From: an uncultured Planctomycetota bacterium
GTDB taxonomy: Bacteria; Planctomycetota; Planctomycetia; Isosphaerales; Isosphaeraceae
Length of the DNA stretch: 64,000 nucleotides
Assembly: GCA_963823665.1 (NCBI GenBank)
Contig: CAWGMQ010000005.1
Location: 160,001 to 224,000 of the forward strand
Direction of reading: 5' to 3'
How positions within the stretch are numbered: position 1 is the first letter of the stretch; the number at the start of each line of letters is the position of its first letter. Position numbers and translations under genes: made by a program. A model generated the notes under the pieces. It made no database searches, had not been told where the DNA came from, and worked only from the letters and a program-made list of their open reading frames with translations. Positions 29,595 through 38,817 of this stretch are shown one piece after another.

Positions 29595-30545
29595 CTACGG
29601 CCCCCCGGAAAATGTGGAAAGCAGCATCGTCGCGACCAGCATCCACCCGTCCGCCAGCACAAAGACGATGAGCTTGACCGGCGTCGCCACCAGCGACGGC
29701 GGCAGCATGAAGAGCCCCGTGGCCGCCAGCACCGCTGACACCACCAGATCGATGACCAGGAAAGGTAAATAGATAAAGAAGCCAATCAAGAGCGCCGTCG
29801 TCAGCTCGCTCAGGAGATATGCCGGCGCCACCACATAGAGCGGCACGTCTTCCGGCCTCGTCGGATCGGTGTCTGCCCGGCCAGGGCTCCGCGGTACGGC
29901 GTAATCATAAAGCGTCTCCAGGTATTCTTGATGCTTGGTTGCGATGATCTGATCAACCATGAACGCCTTGATCGGCTTGCTGCCCGCGGCCCAGGCCTGC
30001 GAAGCGGATAACTCGCCGGCGGCATAAGGGCGGATCGCGTCCTGATGCACGCGCTCGGCGTGCGGCTTCATGACCAGCGCCGTCAAGAGCAGCGCAAGCG
30101 CGGTCAAGACCTGGTTGCCCGGGATTTGCGGGCTCCCCAGCGCCTGCCGTAGCAGCATGAGCACAATGTTGATCCGCACAAAAGCCGTGACCATCAAGAC
30201 CGCGATTGGCGCCAGCGAGATCAGCCCGAAGAGCGCCACCGTCTGCACCGTGTGCATCGTGTCCTCGCGCCGGCCGAGCAGCGATTCCGGTGAAGGCGAA
30301 GATGCTTCCAGCGCCGCCGGCCGATTAGGCTCGATCGCCGCCGCGTCCGACGCTGCATCCGCAGTCTTCACCGCGCGGTCGTCCCCCGCCGCGCTCACGG
30401 CCTTCGAATCCGCACCTCGTCGTTCCGAAGCCTGTGAACCGGACTGTGCACGGCCACTCTCCGGAAATTGAAGAACGGCCAGCAGCGCGCATGCCGCGGC
30501 AAACGTCGCCCGCGCGATCAATGGCCGCATGCTGGATCGGCTCAT
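29595..30545 (-). CDS. fliP: FliP
   Basis: LMVTAFVRINIVLMLLRQALGSPQIPGNQVL, PAYLLSEL, YLPFLVIDLVVSAVL, PVKLIVFVLADGW. Confidence 0.93.
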   Translation of the reverse strand: MSRSSMRPLIARATFAAACALLAVLQFPESGRAQSGSQASERRGADSKAVSAAGDDRAVKTADAASDAAAIEPNRPAALEASSPSPESLLGRREDTMHTVQTVALFGLISLAPIAVLMVTAFVRINIVLMLLRQALGSPQIPGNQVLTALALLLTALVMKPHAERVHQDAIRPYAAGELSASQAWAAGSKPIKAFMVDQIIATKHQEYLETLYDYAVPRSPGRADTDPTRPEDVPLYVVAPAYLLSELTTALLIGFFIYLPFLVIDLVVSAVLAATGLFMLPPSLVATPVKLIVFVLADGWMLVATMLLSTFSGGP

Positions 30546-31126
30546 GACACTTCTCCTTGCCCGCGGACCGGCTCTGTCGGAGAGAGAGCGATGTCATCCA
30601 GCTCGCTGATCAGTGTCGGAGCACCCTGCGGCCCGGTCCCCACCAGCAACACTCTGCCCCCCGCGCGCACCAGGTAAACCGCGTGCTTGGGTGAAAGGCT
30701 CACTCGCGAAACGACATGCAGCGCCCCTGACCCCGGCCGCAAGTTGAACCGCCGCGCCGCCAGAGCAAGCCCTCCCACTGCGCCCAGCAACACCGCAACG
30801 CTCGCCAGTGCCAGGTACCACGCGTCAGACCCGCGTTCGCGCCCAGCGCTCGAAGTCCGCCGCGGCAAGAGCAGCCGCGATGATGGCCGCGGCTGTTCCT
30901 CCACGTTCCGCGATTCCTCAACGTCGTCCAAGGCACCGCCGCCAGTGACGGATGCGATTCCGCCAGACTTCACCGGTTGATCCCCTCGTGTCTCCCGCAG
31001 CGCAGCATCCTCGCCCTTCGCCATGACAATCAGCCCGCCCGCGCCAAAAAGCAGAAATACGACGATCGCATGAGGAGTCAGCCCCGCAAGAGATTTCAGC
31101 GTCGCTCGATCTGATCGCAATGTCAT
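30542..31126 (-). CDS. fliO: FliO/FliZ-like protein
   Basis: TM segment followed by LHVVSRVSLSPKHAVYLVRAGGRVLLVGTG; directly upstream of fliP. Confidence 0.8.
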   Translation of the reverse strand: MTLRSDRATLKSLAGLTPHAIVVFLLFGAGGLIVMAKGEDAALRETRGDQPVKSGGIASVTGGGALDDVEESRNVEEQPRPSSRLLLPRRTSSAGRERGSDAWYLALASVAVLLGAVGGLALAARRFNLRPGSGALHVVSRVSLSPKHAVYLVRAGGRVLLVGTGPQGAPTLISELDDIALSPTEPVRGQGEVS

Positions 31127-31145
31127 CGCCAGCCCCCCCGACAAT

Positions 31146-31953
31146 GGGCTGTTGAAAACTTGCCGTACAAGGAGCGGAGATTTCCCGGCGCGAATGCAGC
31201 GCCAAACTTCCCCCGCTTTAGAAGGGGGGGCCAGGGCGGCCTGTTGAAAACTTGCGATCTAACGAACGATGATTCCCCCCCGCATGTGTTGCGCCAACTT
31301 TCCCCCCCTTTAGAAGGGGGGGCCAGGGGGGGGCCGTCCCAGCGGCCGCCGTCAAAAAACCGTCGCGCAACAGAAAACGCCGAATCGTCCACCTCGAAAT
31401 TCCCCAATACGGCCCGCTTTTCATCAGCCCAGCGCCAGCGTGGCCTGTTGATAACTTGCAGAATACGGAGCGGAGATTTCCCGCCGCGAATGTTGCGCCA
31501 ACTTTCCCCCCCTTTAGAAGGGGGGGCCAGGGGGGGTCCGTCCCGGCGGCCGCCGTCAAAAAACCGTCGCGCAACAGAAAACGCCGAATCGTCCACCTCG
31601 AAATTCCCCAATACGGCCCGCTTTTCATCAGCCCAGCGCCAGCGTGGCCTGTTGATAACTTGCAGAATACGGAGCGGAGATTTCCCGCCGCGAATGTTGC
31701 GCCAACTTTCCCCCCCTTTAGAAGGGGGGGCCAGGGGGGGTCCGTCCCGGCGGCCGCATACCGAGAGTCGCTCGACCTCGCCACCCCGACTCCTGCTCGT
31801 ACTCGTCTTCCCGCACTCCGTGCCCCGTGCTCCGCCGTCCGTAGGCCGGGGGGGGTTCATTCCGGCGGCCGCAATCACGAAACCGTCGCTCAACAGAAAG
31901 CGCCGAATCGTGCACCTCAAAATTCGCCAACACGGCTTTCTTTTCATCAGCCC
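31146..31953. mobile_element. Tandem array of ~204-bp MITE-like elements
   Basis: Units start at 31238, 31442 and 31646 (204-bp period) plus a partial unit at 31146. Ends GG(G/C)CTGTTGA(A/T)AA and TTTTCATCAGCCC are inverted repeats. Internal hairpin CCCCCCCTTTAGAAGGGGGGG. Confidence 0.75.
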
Positions 31954-31996
31954 CCCGGATACCACTCGCGGTCGATCGACCCAGCCCGAACATTTC

Positions 31997-32061
31997 ATCA
32001 ATCGAAGCGCTTCGCGATTCAATTGATCGGAGCAATCAAATCGCGAAGCGATTCGATTGAT
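31997..32061. other. Long imperfect inverted repeat (stem-loop) just after the fliG stop
   Basis: ATCAATCGAAGCGCTTCGCGATT...AATCGCGAAGCGATTCGATTGAT. Confidence 0.7.
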
Positions 32062-32070
32062 CGGACCCGT

Positions 32071-32700
32071 TCAGACGACCACTTCCTCGCTTCCACTCGT
32101 GTCCGGCAGGCTGATGCGTCCCCGGTCATACAGCCGGCGCAGCTTCTCCGCGATCTCATGCTGCGCCGCTTCCGAGTCCGACAGCCGGAATGGACCTAAT
32201 CGTTCGAGTGCGTGCCGCAGCCGCTCGGATGAAGAAGCCGCCAGCGCCGAGAGCACCTTGGTCCGCACGGATGCGGCACCCCCCGCCAGCGCCAGCGCCC
32301 AGGTGTCCGTGTCTTCTTCGTCGAGCGCCGCGCGAATGTCGGGTTCGCTCATTCGCATCAGGTCGTCGAACACGAAGCACAGCCGCCGCAGGCCTAGTCC
32401 GTAGAACTCTTCGAGCACGGCCGCTCGTTCCGCCGGGTCGACGCGTTCGAGCCGGGCGATCTCCCATGTCACCGACTCCACCGCAGCGCGGTCGAGGTGC
32501 GTCAAAAGCTGAGACGCCAGCGATTGGTCCAGGCTCACCAGCACGATCGCCGCCTTGCGCACCGGCGAAATCTCCGATGCATCCTCGCTATAGGCGTACG
32601 GCGCGTTGCCAGCGGTCTCATCACCGTCGTCCTGAAGGAAACCGCCGCGCCCCGATTCGCGCAGCCGGCCCGGCTCGATGTCTTCGCGCGTCGCCGTCAT
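32071..32700 (-). CDS. fliG: Mini-FliG: N domain fused directly to C domain (209 aa)
   Basis: RKAAIVLVSL...AVLEEFY (FliG_N-like) runs straight into FVFDDL...ALAL...GPFRLSDSEAAQ..I...RRL...G.I (FliG_C-like). ATGA overlap with fliF. Confidence 0.85.
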   Translation of the reverse strand: MTATREDIEPGRLRESGRGGFLQDDGDETAGNAPYAYSEDASEISPVRKAAIVLVSLDQSLASQLLTHLDRAAVESVTWEIARLERVDPAERAAVLEEFYGLGLRRLCFVFDDLMRMSEPDIRAALDEEDTDTWALALAGGAASVRTKVLSALAASSSERLRHALERLGPFRLSDSEAAQHEIAEKLRRLYDRGRISLPDTSGSEEVVV

Positions 32701-34325
32701 GACGAGCGGCCCCCCTGCCCGACCCAGCGCTGCAGCACGCTGGCCGCGGCTTCCGGATTGCGCTGAATCAGCTCGCGAACTCGCTCGGATGGGCTGGACT
32801 GCCCGACCGAGCCCGCGTGGTACCGCCGCGACCGGTCCGAAACCTCGGGTAGCCGCGAGGGTCTGCGGGCCAGGTGAAACAGCGAGCCTGCAATGGCCAG
32901 AATGGACACGCCCGCACCCACCGCCCCCACGATTCCCCATTCCATCAATCGCTGGCGCGTGTCGGTCGTATCGGGAATGACCGTGGGCCGGCTCAGCGCA
33001 ACTTCGTCCGCAAACGTGCCCACTTCGACCTTCCAGGAATCGGCATCGGGCAACAACAGCGAGATCGCGGTGAGGATGGATTTCTCGGTGCGATCGGCCA
33101 TCGCTCGCAGCTCCTCGAGCGAAGGCTTGCCCTGGTCGCCGCGGATTTCCATGTTGAGATAGAAGCTCCGCGGCACATTCACAACCACCCGCCCCCGCTC
33201 CTTCGAAGTCGAAGTATCCCCCCCTCGAGTGGGTGGCACCGGCTCTGCCAGTGTCCCACGATCACCCGCTACTCGGGGGCGTGCCACCGGCTTTCCTGGT
33301 GCCCCACGATCACCCGCTCCTCGGGGGGTTGCCACCGGCCCCGCCAGTGTCTCGCTCTCGAGCGAAAGCGGCCGATTGACGGCGATCAACGAGTGGGAGC
33401 CGCTCGGGTGTTCGTCAATCCCGCCGGCATGGCTCGGCCCAGGCTCGTGATGCGCCTCCCCCGCTCCGGCGCCCTTGGCGCTGGCAAAGCTTCCCGACCC
33501 GCCGGGTATCTTCGTGACAATCTCGCCCGCGTGCGGCGAGATCACCTGCACTTGCACGCGCACTCCCTTGATCCAGTCGAGCTTTTCGAGGATTTCCTCG
33601 GTGATTTCTTCCTCCCGGGCGCGATTCCGCGAGTGGTCACGAAGGGCGGGGTTGCCGGGATCGAGGTAACGCATGCCGCGATGGTCCATCAGCGTGATCG
33701 ACCCTGTTTCGAGCCCGGGAACCATACCGCCCAGGAGCGAGAGGATCGCCTGCACGCTCCGTGACGGAACCGCGCGGCCTCTCTCGGTCTCGACATACAC
33801 AAGCGCGGAGGCTTTAGGGCTGATGCGAGAGAATGGCTGCGCGCGGGGACGATTGATGGATACGAAGGACGAAAGCACGCCTTCCTGCTCTCCGATCAGC
33901 CGCTCCAGCATGCGTTCGAGCCTCACTTTTTCGTGATATTCACGCTCGATCTCTCCGTCAAAAAAGCTGTCCGAGCTCCGATCCTCGCGTATGTCCTTGA
34001 TCGAGCGCGGTCCGAGGTCGAGCTTCGCGACGCTCTCGGCCGCCTGCTCGAACTGCCCTGGCGCGACTTCGACGCGCCGTTGGTCGTCGATCCGGTACGC
34101 AACTCGCTGTTTCTCCAGCGCGCGAACGACCGTGATCAGCTCCTCGGAGGAAAACCTCTTGCCCATGTTGAGGTAGCGCACGCCAGAAGGAGACAGGTTG
34201 CCGGCACCCCAGTAGCTCGCCGCGCCGAGCACCAGCAAGACGGCCGAGGCCAGTCCCCACCTGACCGCACGCCGCTGGGCGGCGATTGGCTGCCACAGCC
34301 GCGCCACTCCCGCGCAGTCGTTCAA
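32697..34325 (-). CDS. fliF: MS-ring protein FliF (divergent)
   Basis: Two TM helices, RBM1/RBM2-like region (LERLIGEQEGVLSSFVSI..KASALVYV..VPGLETGSITLMD), C-terminal NPEAAASVLQRW; TTG start assumed. Confidence 0.82.
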   Translation of the reverse strand: MNDCAGVARLWQPIAAQRRAVRWGLASAVLLVLGAASYWGAGNLSPSGVRYLNMGKRFSSEELITVVRALEKQRVAYRIDDQRRVEVAPGQFEQAAESVAKLDLGPRSIKDIREDRSSDSFFDGEIEREYHEKVRLERMLERLIGEQEGVLSSFVSINRPRAQPFSRISPKASALVYVETERGRAVPSRSVQAILSLLGGMVPGLETGSITLMDHRGMRYLDPGNPALRDHSRNRAREEEITEEILEKLDWIKGVRVQVQVISPHAGEIVTKIPGGSGSFASAKGAGAGEAHHEPGPSHAGGIDEHPSGSHSLIAVNRPLSLESETLAGPVATPRGAGDRGAPGKPVARPRVAGDRGTLAEPVPPTRGGDTSTSKERGRVVVNVPRSFYLNMEIRGDQGKPSLEELRAMADRTEKSILTAISLLLPDADSWKVEVGTFADEVALSRPTVIPDTTDTRQRLMEWGIVGAVGAGVSILAIAGSLFHLARRPSRLPEVSDRSRRYHAGSVGQSSPSERVRELIQRNPEAAASVLQRWVGQGGRSS

Positions 34326-34580
34326 ATGTCACCCTGGAACTCGGGCGATCGATGCTCGCCATCAACCCTCCTCACGACATGATCGAGCCGGTCGCCAGAG
34401 ACCGCGCCACCGGCGGGCAGTGAGTTATCCACTTTTCGCCCATCTTGTCAATCGCGGCAGCGCATACCCCCGCACCCCGTGGGGGCGCCGCCGCCGCAGG
34501 CGGCAGTGGGTCGCGCGAGCAGCCAGATGGCTGCGCAGCCCAGCGGCGTTCTCTTCGCCGCAGCCGCCGATTCTGCTGCT

Positions 34581-34640
34581 GCTCCTGCTCATAATCTTAA
34601 TCCTAATCCTAATCCTAATCCTGCTCCTAATCCTACTCCC
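34581..34640. repeat. Degenerate hexamer array (AATCCT/GCTCCT) x ~10
   Basis: gctcct gctcat aatctt aatcct x4 gctcct aatcct actccc. Confidence 0.85.
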
Positions 34641-34669
34641 GCCTCTCACCCCCCACCCCCAACAGCCAG

Positions 34670-35123
34670 TTCGTTTTGTACATTCGACGAGCGTCCTTAC
34701 CCCACAAGGACTACGGGAACGAACCAGCATTCCTCCCCCTGTGCGGAAGGCGTCGCCGCAGGCGGTGGTGGGGGGCTCGCGCACTGACAACCGCGCACCC
34801 CAGCTTCCCCGCGCGCCGATTTTCCGTCTCGCCTCAAATCCGTGACCTCAGTGTAATCCGTGGTTCAAATTCTGATCTGACTCCGCCAATCAAAGACCCA
34901 ACATCCTCCGTCTCCCCGCCCCATCCTGATCTCTGTGACCGCTGAGATCTCCGTGGTTCACTGTTCGCCGCGGGTCTCGGGCACCCGAAGGGTCGCCGCC
35001 GCCATTGCGACCGAAGGTCTCCAACTACTCCGACTCCCATCTCCCATGTTCACCCGTCCACCCCGACGGACCACTTCGTTTTGTACATTCGCCCCGGGTC
35101 CTTGCGCCACAAGGACTACGGGA
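34670..35123 (+). repeat. Two copies of a ~49-bp motif (34670-34718, 35075-35123)
   Basis: TTCGTTTTGTACATTCG..GTCCTT.C.CCACAAGGACTACGGGA in both copies, with an internal GTCCTT/AAGGAC stem. Confidence 0.75.
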
Positions 35124-35563
35124 TCGCCATCACCCGGTCCACATCGCGAGCCACGGGCCAAATCGACGCCCAAACCTTGCCAGCAACCGCCCGGCATTGA
35201 CCCAAAATCACCACGGCGCGCTCCACCCCCCGAGTCCGAACCGTTCGTCCTCCGCAAGTGCACACGCGAAAACGGCTTCGGTCTCCCCCTCCGCTTCTTG
35301 CCCCCTGGCTCAAAATGATAACGTTTGATAGCACCACAAAGGTTCTCGTCTGATCCCCCGCTCACCGTTCTCAGCGCGGGCGCAGACCGCTGTATCCCTC
35401 CCCCCAAAGCCCCCCCACCGTAGGCGAAGTGCCGCCGCACGCGGCGGTGGCGGGGCGTGCAGGCCGATGGCTGCGCGGCCCGACAGTGTTCCCGTCGCCG
35501 CAGCCGCCGCTAGAAGGCATCTGGAATGACGATTGGAAAAAGACATCTCGCGATGTGGTAATG

Positions 35564-35598
35564 GATGAGATGAGATGAGATGAGATGAGATGAGATGA
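35564..35598. repeat. (GATGA)7 microsatellite
   Basis: Seven perfect copies. Confidence 0.95.
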
Positions 35599-35913
35599 AG
35601 TGAGATTCGACCCACGGACCAACCAGCACGGTTGCCCAAGTGACGGTCGGGCTCACCCCCACCGGCCGCACACGCACTTTCCCCTATTAATATATGCGCC
35701 CACTTTCGGTCGTTGGCCATCTCTCAATCACACGTGTAAATCTTTGCGTAACGCACAACTTCAATCGCAATAGGCAATTAACCGCTGCGTTCAGGCGGAG
35801 AATTCCCATTCTGATGTGCCCGTTCAATACGTTTTGAAACGGCATACCTCCGACCCGTTTGCGCCGAAGATGTGGAATTCGTCCATTTCGAGTCGGATTC
35901 CTCCACCACGCAT

Positions 35914-36648
35914 TCAGACCAACTTCCTGAGCAAGACTTCCTCAAAAAAGTCCTTCGCGACATCGATCGGTTTCACATCAGAATCGATAACCATCCCGGA
36001 TGTCGGCCGGTCCCAGCGCCTTTGGATGATTCGTTTATCAACAACGAGCAACTCTCGTATCGAGATCGGCGTGTTCGGCAAGTCGTCGAGCCTGACGGCC
36101 GAATCGCCATTGGGGTGCTGCTCACTGACCATGATGTGCACCCACGGTCCGTCGGCGCCAATTGTCTCATCGAGTGGTGACCAGAAGTGCTTCCCGAAAA
36201 AAAAGATGTACCAAACGATCTTGTCGTTTTTACGGAACCACACCCTGAAAAACCAAGTTCTCTTTGCCCCGCCTCCCGCAAGCAGGGTTTCCCAGGTCGG
36301 CTGATCAATCACCTGATATGGGTGAACTTGCACCTCGACCGACGCGTTCGCTTTTCGCAATGCGGCGTCCCCAAGATTCAATGCCTCCTGGGCCTCGCGT
36401 TTTCGGCGATTGTCGTAGATCGTCCTTGTCTGCAGAATGAATCGGGTCTCGCGAATCGTGAGCGTGTTTCCTTCGATGGCATTGCTGCTGAAAACTCGCT
36501 CACTTAATAAGCTGTCCTTGAGTTGCCGCAGAACGTCTTCGCTCAGAGGACGAATGTCGTTGATCTGGCGGGCCAGATCGGCAACGTCGTCCAGCATGGC
36601 GTGCGTGACTTCATCCAGTTGAAGATCCGCCCGTCCAATGAGTTCCAT
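35914..36648 (-). CDS. Fic-family protein lacking the catalytic core (in-frame internal deletion suspected)
   Basis: RPLSEDVL...VFSSNAIEGNTLTIRET...REAQEALNL is a Fic N-region; no HPFxDGNGR motif follows. Confidence 0.65.
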   Translation of the reverse strand: MELIGRADLQLDEVTHAMLDDVADLARQINDIRPLSEDVLRQLKDSLLSERVFSSNAIEGNTLTIRETRFILQTRTIYDNRRKREAQEALNLGDAALRKANASVEVQVHPYQVIDQPTWETLLAGGGAKRTWFFRVWFRKNDKIVWYIFFFGKHFWSPLDETIGADGPWVHIMVSEQHPNGDSAVRLDDLPNTPISIRELLVVDKRIIQRRWDRPTSGMVIDSDVKPIDVAKDFFEEVLLRKLV

Positions 36649-37240
36649 GGCTTGTCTCGTAGGAGAGCTCGTCGCCCGGATCGTTGTAATCGGGTCAACC
36701 TCGACTGCGCGTGATACACAGCGTCTAAACAACTTCGCAGGTTTGCGACACCAGCCACCGACCGGCTCAGAACCCGATTCTAGCATTCGCACGGCGTACG
36801 TTCCCTATTGGATTGGTAATCCCGCGCCGGAACCTGCGAGGGGCGACAGAGCCTGCCGAGGCTCGATTTACCCAGCTTCCGGGCACCAAGGAACGGCGAA
36901 TCCGAAGGGAGGGAGCTTCATTTCCCGGCTCTCCGACACAGACGGAAGCCGGAACGTTGATGACTTGATTTCGGCTTCTCGGGGAAGCACAATCGCCTGG
37001 AATTCCGGCAGGTTCTTCGCGAAAGCTAACGGCTTCTCTTGAAGCGAATGCGCTCGGGGAGTCGCCCATGATTGACTCTGAGCGATTCAAACCTCTCGAC
37101 GGCCCATATCAAGTGCCAAGGTGCAAGCTCGGAGATAAGCTTCTCATGCGCCGAACGCTCGACTGACCAGGAGCATCCGCGGCGATGTCGACTATTTCGA
37201 GAGAGCTGCCGCTCGAAGTCGAGCGTGTGTTGGAGGTCAA

Positions 37241-38270
37241 GCCGCGATGGCAAGACGGTGCGGCTCAACAGCCACTATCGCGACGTCGACGGGCTTTTCG
37301 AAGTCATCCAGGCGGCGGTGTTTGAGCGGCTCTTGCCCAAGGCCCGCGAGGCGCTCGAGGCCGGCCGGTCGGATTTGGCCCCGTGCGGCTGACGGCCCAG
37401 GGGTTTGACGACGGCGGGCTCCAGCTCCTTCCGTGGGTAGATTACGCAGGTTTCACCGTCGATAAAGCGTTCTTGACCATACGGAAGCGCGGCCAGAAGT
37501 CCGATTGGTTCTCACGCGCCCTGCGCGACATCCCGAACGCGCGTGTGCTCATCGCACTCTTGCAAGCCGGGCCCAACAGCCTGGGAGTCCATGCTGCCCG
37601 ACCGCCTTTGCCGGCGGCCGCGCCCAAGGTGATGACGGCAAAAAAGCAAGACGCGGCGCGATTCTATCTCGGGGCCTTTGCGTTCCTGGGGCTGCTCCTG
37701 GGTCCGGGTTGCGTTTACTTGACCTGGCAACAATTCCTGCTGCATCGCCGGGGCACGGCGACGCCCAAGGAGATCCGCCTGGAAGACCTCGCGCGCGGCG
37801 GGCCGCCAGCAAATGTCCATGTCCGGGTAACCGATTTCTCGCCTGGTCCCAGGTTCGTGATCGACAACCGGCACGAGCACGGTCAGAACATCTTCATCCC
37901 GCTCTTTCCCCGCGGCGCCGAGCCCCGCGGCGGACTTCTCAAGGTCGTGCTCAAATCCAGCAAAGTCAGGAACGAAGAGGGCGTGCAATCCCTCCGCGCG
38001 CACAACTCGATCACCGGCGTGATCGTCAACGACATCGATAACATCGGCCTGCAGCAGAAGGCCAAATTATCCAATCTGTACCCGTTCGCCAACATTGACT
38101 CAGCGCTGCTGCTGGCGCACGACTACCGCTTTCCAAACACAACACTCCTCGCCCTGTACGCCGCCGGCTCGGCCGCACTCGTACTAGTTGGCCTCGCCTC
38201 GGCATTGGGAAGCGTCATGTTGGCGCTCAAGCCCAAGCCGCGACAATTCCCGTTCCTGCGTAGAAGCTGA
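37241..38270 (+). pseudogene. 5'-truncated membrane protein (DUF6585-like domain plus TM-flanked domain), frameshift near 37372
   Basis: DGKTVRLNSHYRDVDGLFEVIQAAVFERLLPKAREALEAG in one frame, FGPVRLTAQG..LPW..RDIPNARVLIALL in the next; two TM helices downstream. Confidence 0.5.
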
Positions 38271-38817
38271 AAAGATCCGTCGACATCGCACGCCAGCGAT
38301 ATCGGCAGAGCTGCCCGGCGGACCACCCCGGGCGCGACTCGTGTTGTTAACGAAGGAATGGAATGACGCCTTGTTCCGCGAGAGGATGGACATCGACGAG
38401 GTGGTACGGGCCGCGCCTCCGCTCGCGCAAACATCGCGCGCTCCATCTGTGTCGTCTGAAATTGATATGCGACGAGTATTCTCATTTGGCAAAACCAACG
38501 TCCAAAAAAGTGCAATCACTCAATCGACACCGCTGCAACGTCACGAGTTGTGTTCGTGCGTAATTTCTTTGTTAGTTGCTCCGCGTCTGCCAGTGAGTTA
38601 GGTGCTCCTCAGGTTACTCCTAGGAGAGACCCCTGATCGGCAACTTCCGATTGCGCTACCTTGGCGATCCCCGGCGCACTCGCCAGTGCATGCATTAGTT
38701 CAAAGACGGCCCGCTAGTTCCCAGTGCATGCGCCGAACCAACACGCGAGCGCGTGTCGGCAGGCGTTCCACGGAATCCGGCTTTCAGGTAAAATGCCCAT
38801 CATCAAGGAGGGTCGCC

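Noticed and set aside
31146..31953. Possible CRISPR array
   Set aside because: Whole 204-bp units are repeated with no unique spacers, and there are no cas genes.
31123..32199. Long ORFs on both strands (188-299 aa) across the repeat array
   Set aside because: Artefacts of a 204-bp unit (multiple of 3) with few stops; the translations are just the repeat.
34420..35720. Several ORFs with ILILIL or HLISS runs
   Set aside because: Translations of simple-sequence repeats.
37068..37166. 32-aa ORF MIDSERFKPLDGPYQVPRCKLGDKL, reminiscent of planctomycete hypothetical N-termini
   Set aside because: Too short, and the resemblance is unverified; probably another gene stub.
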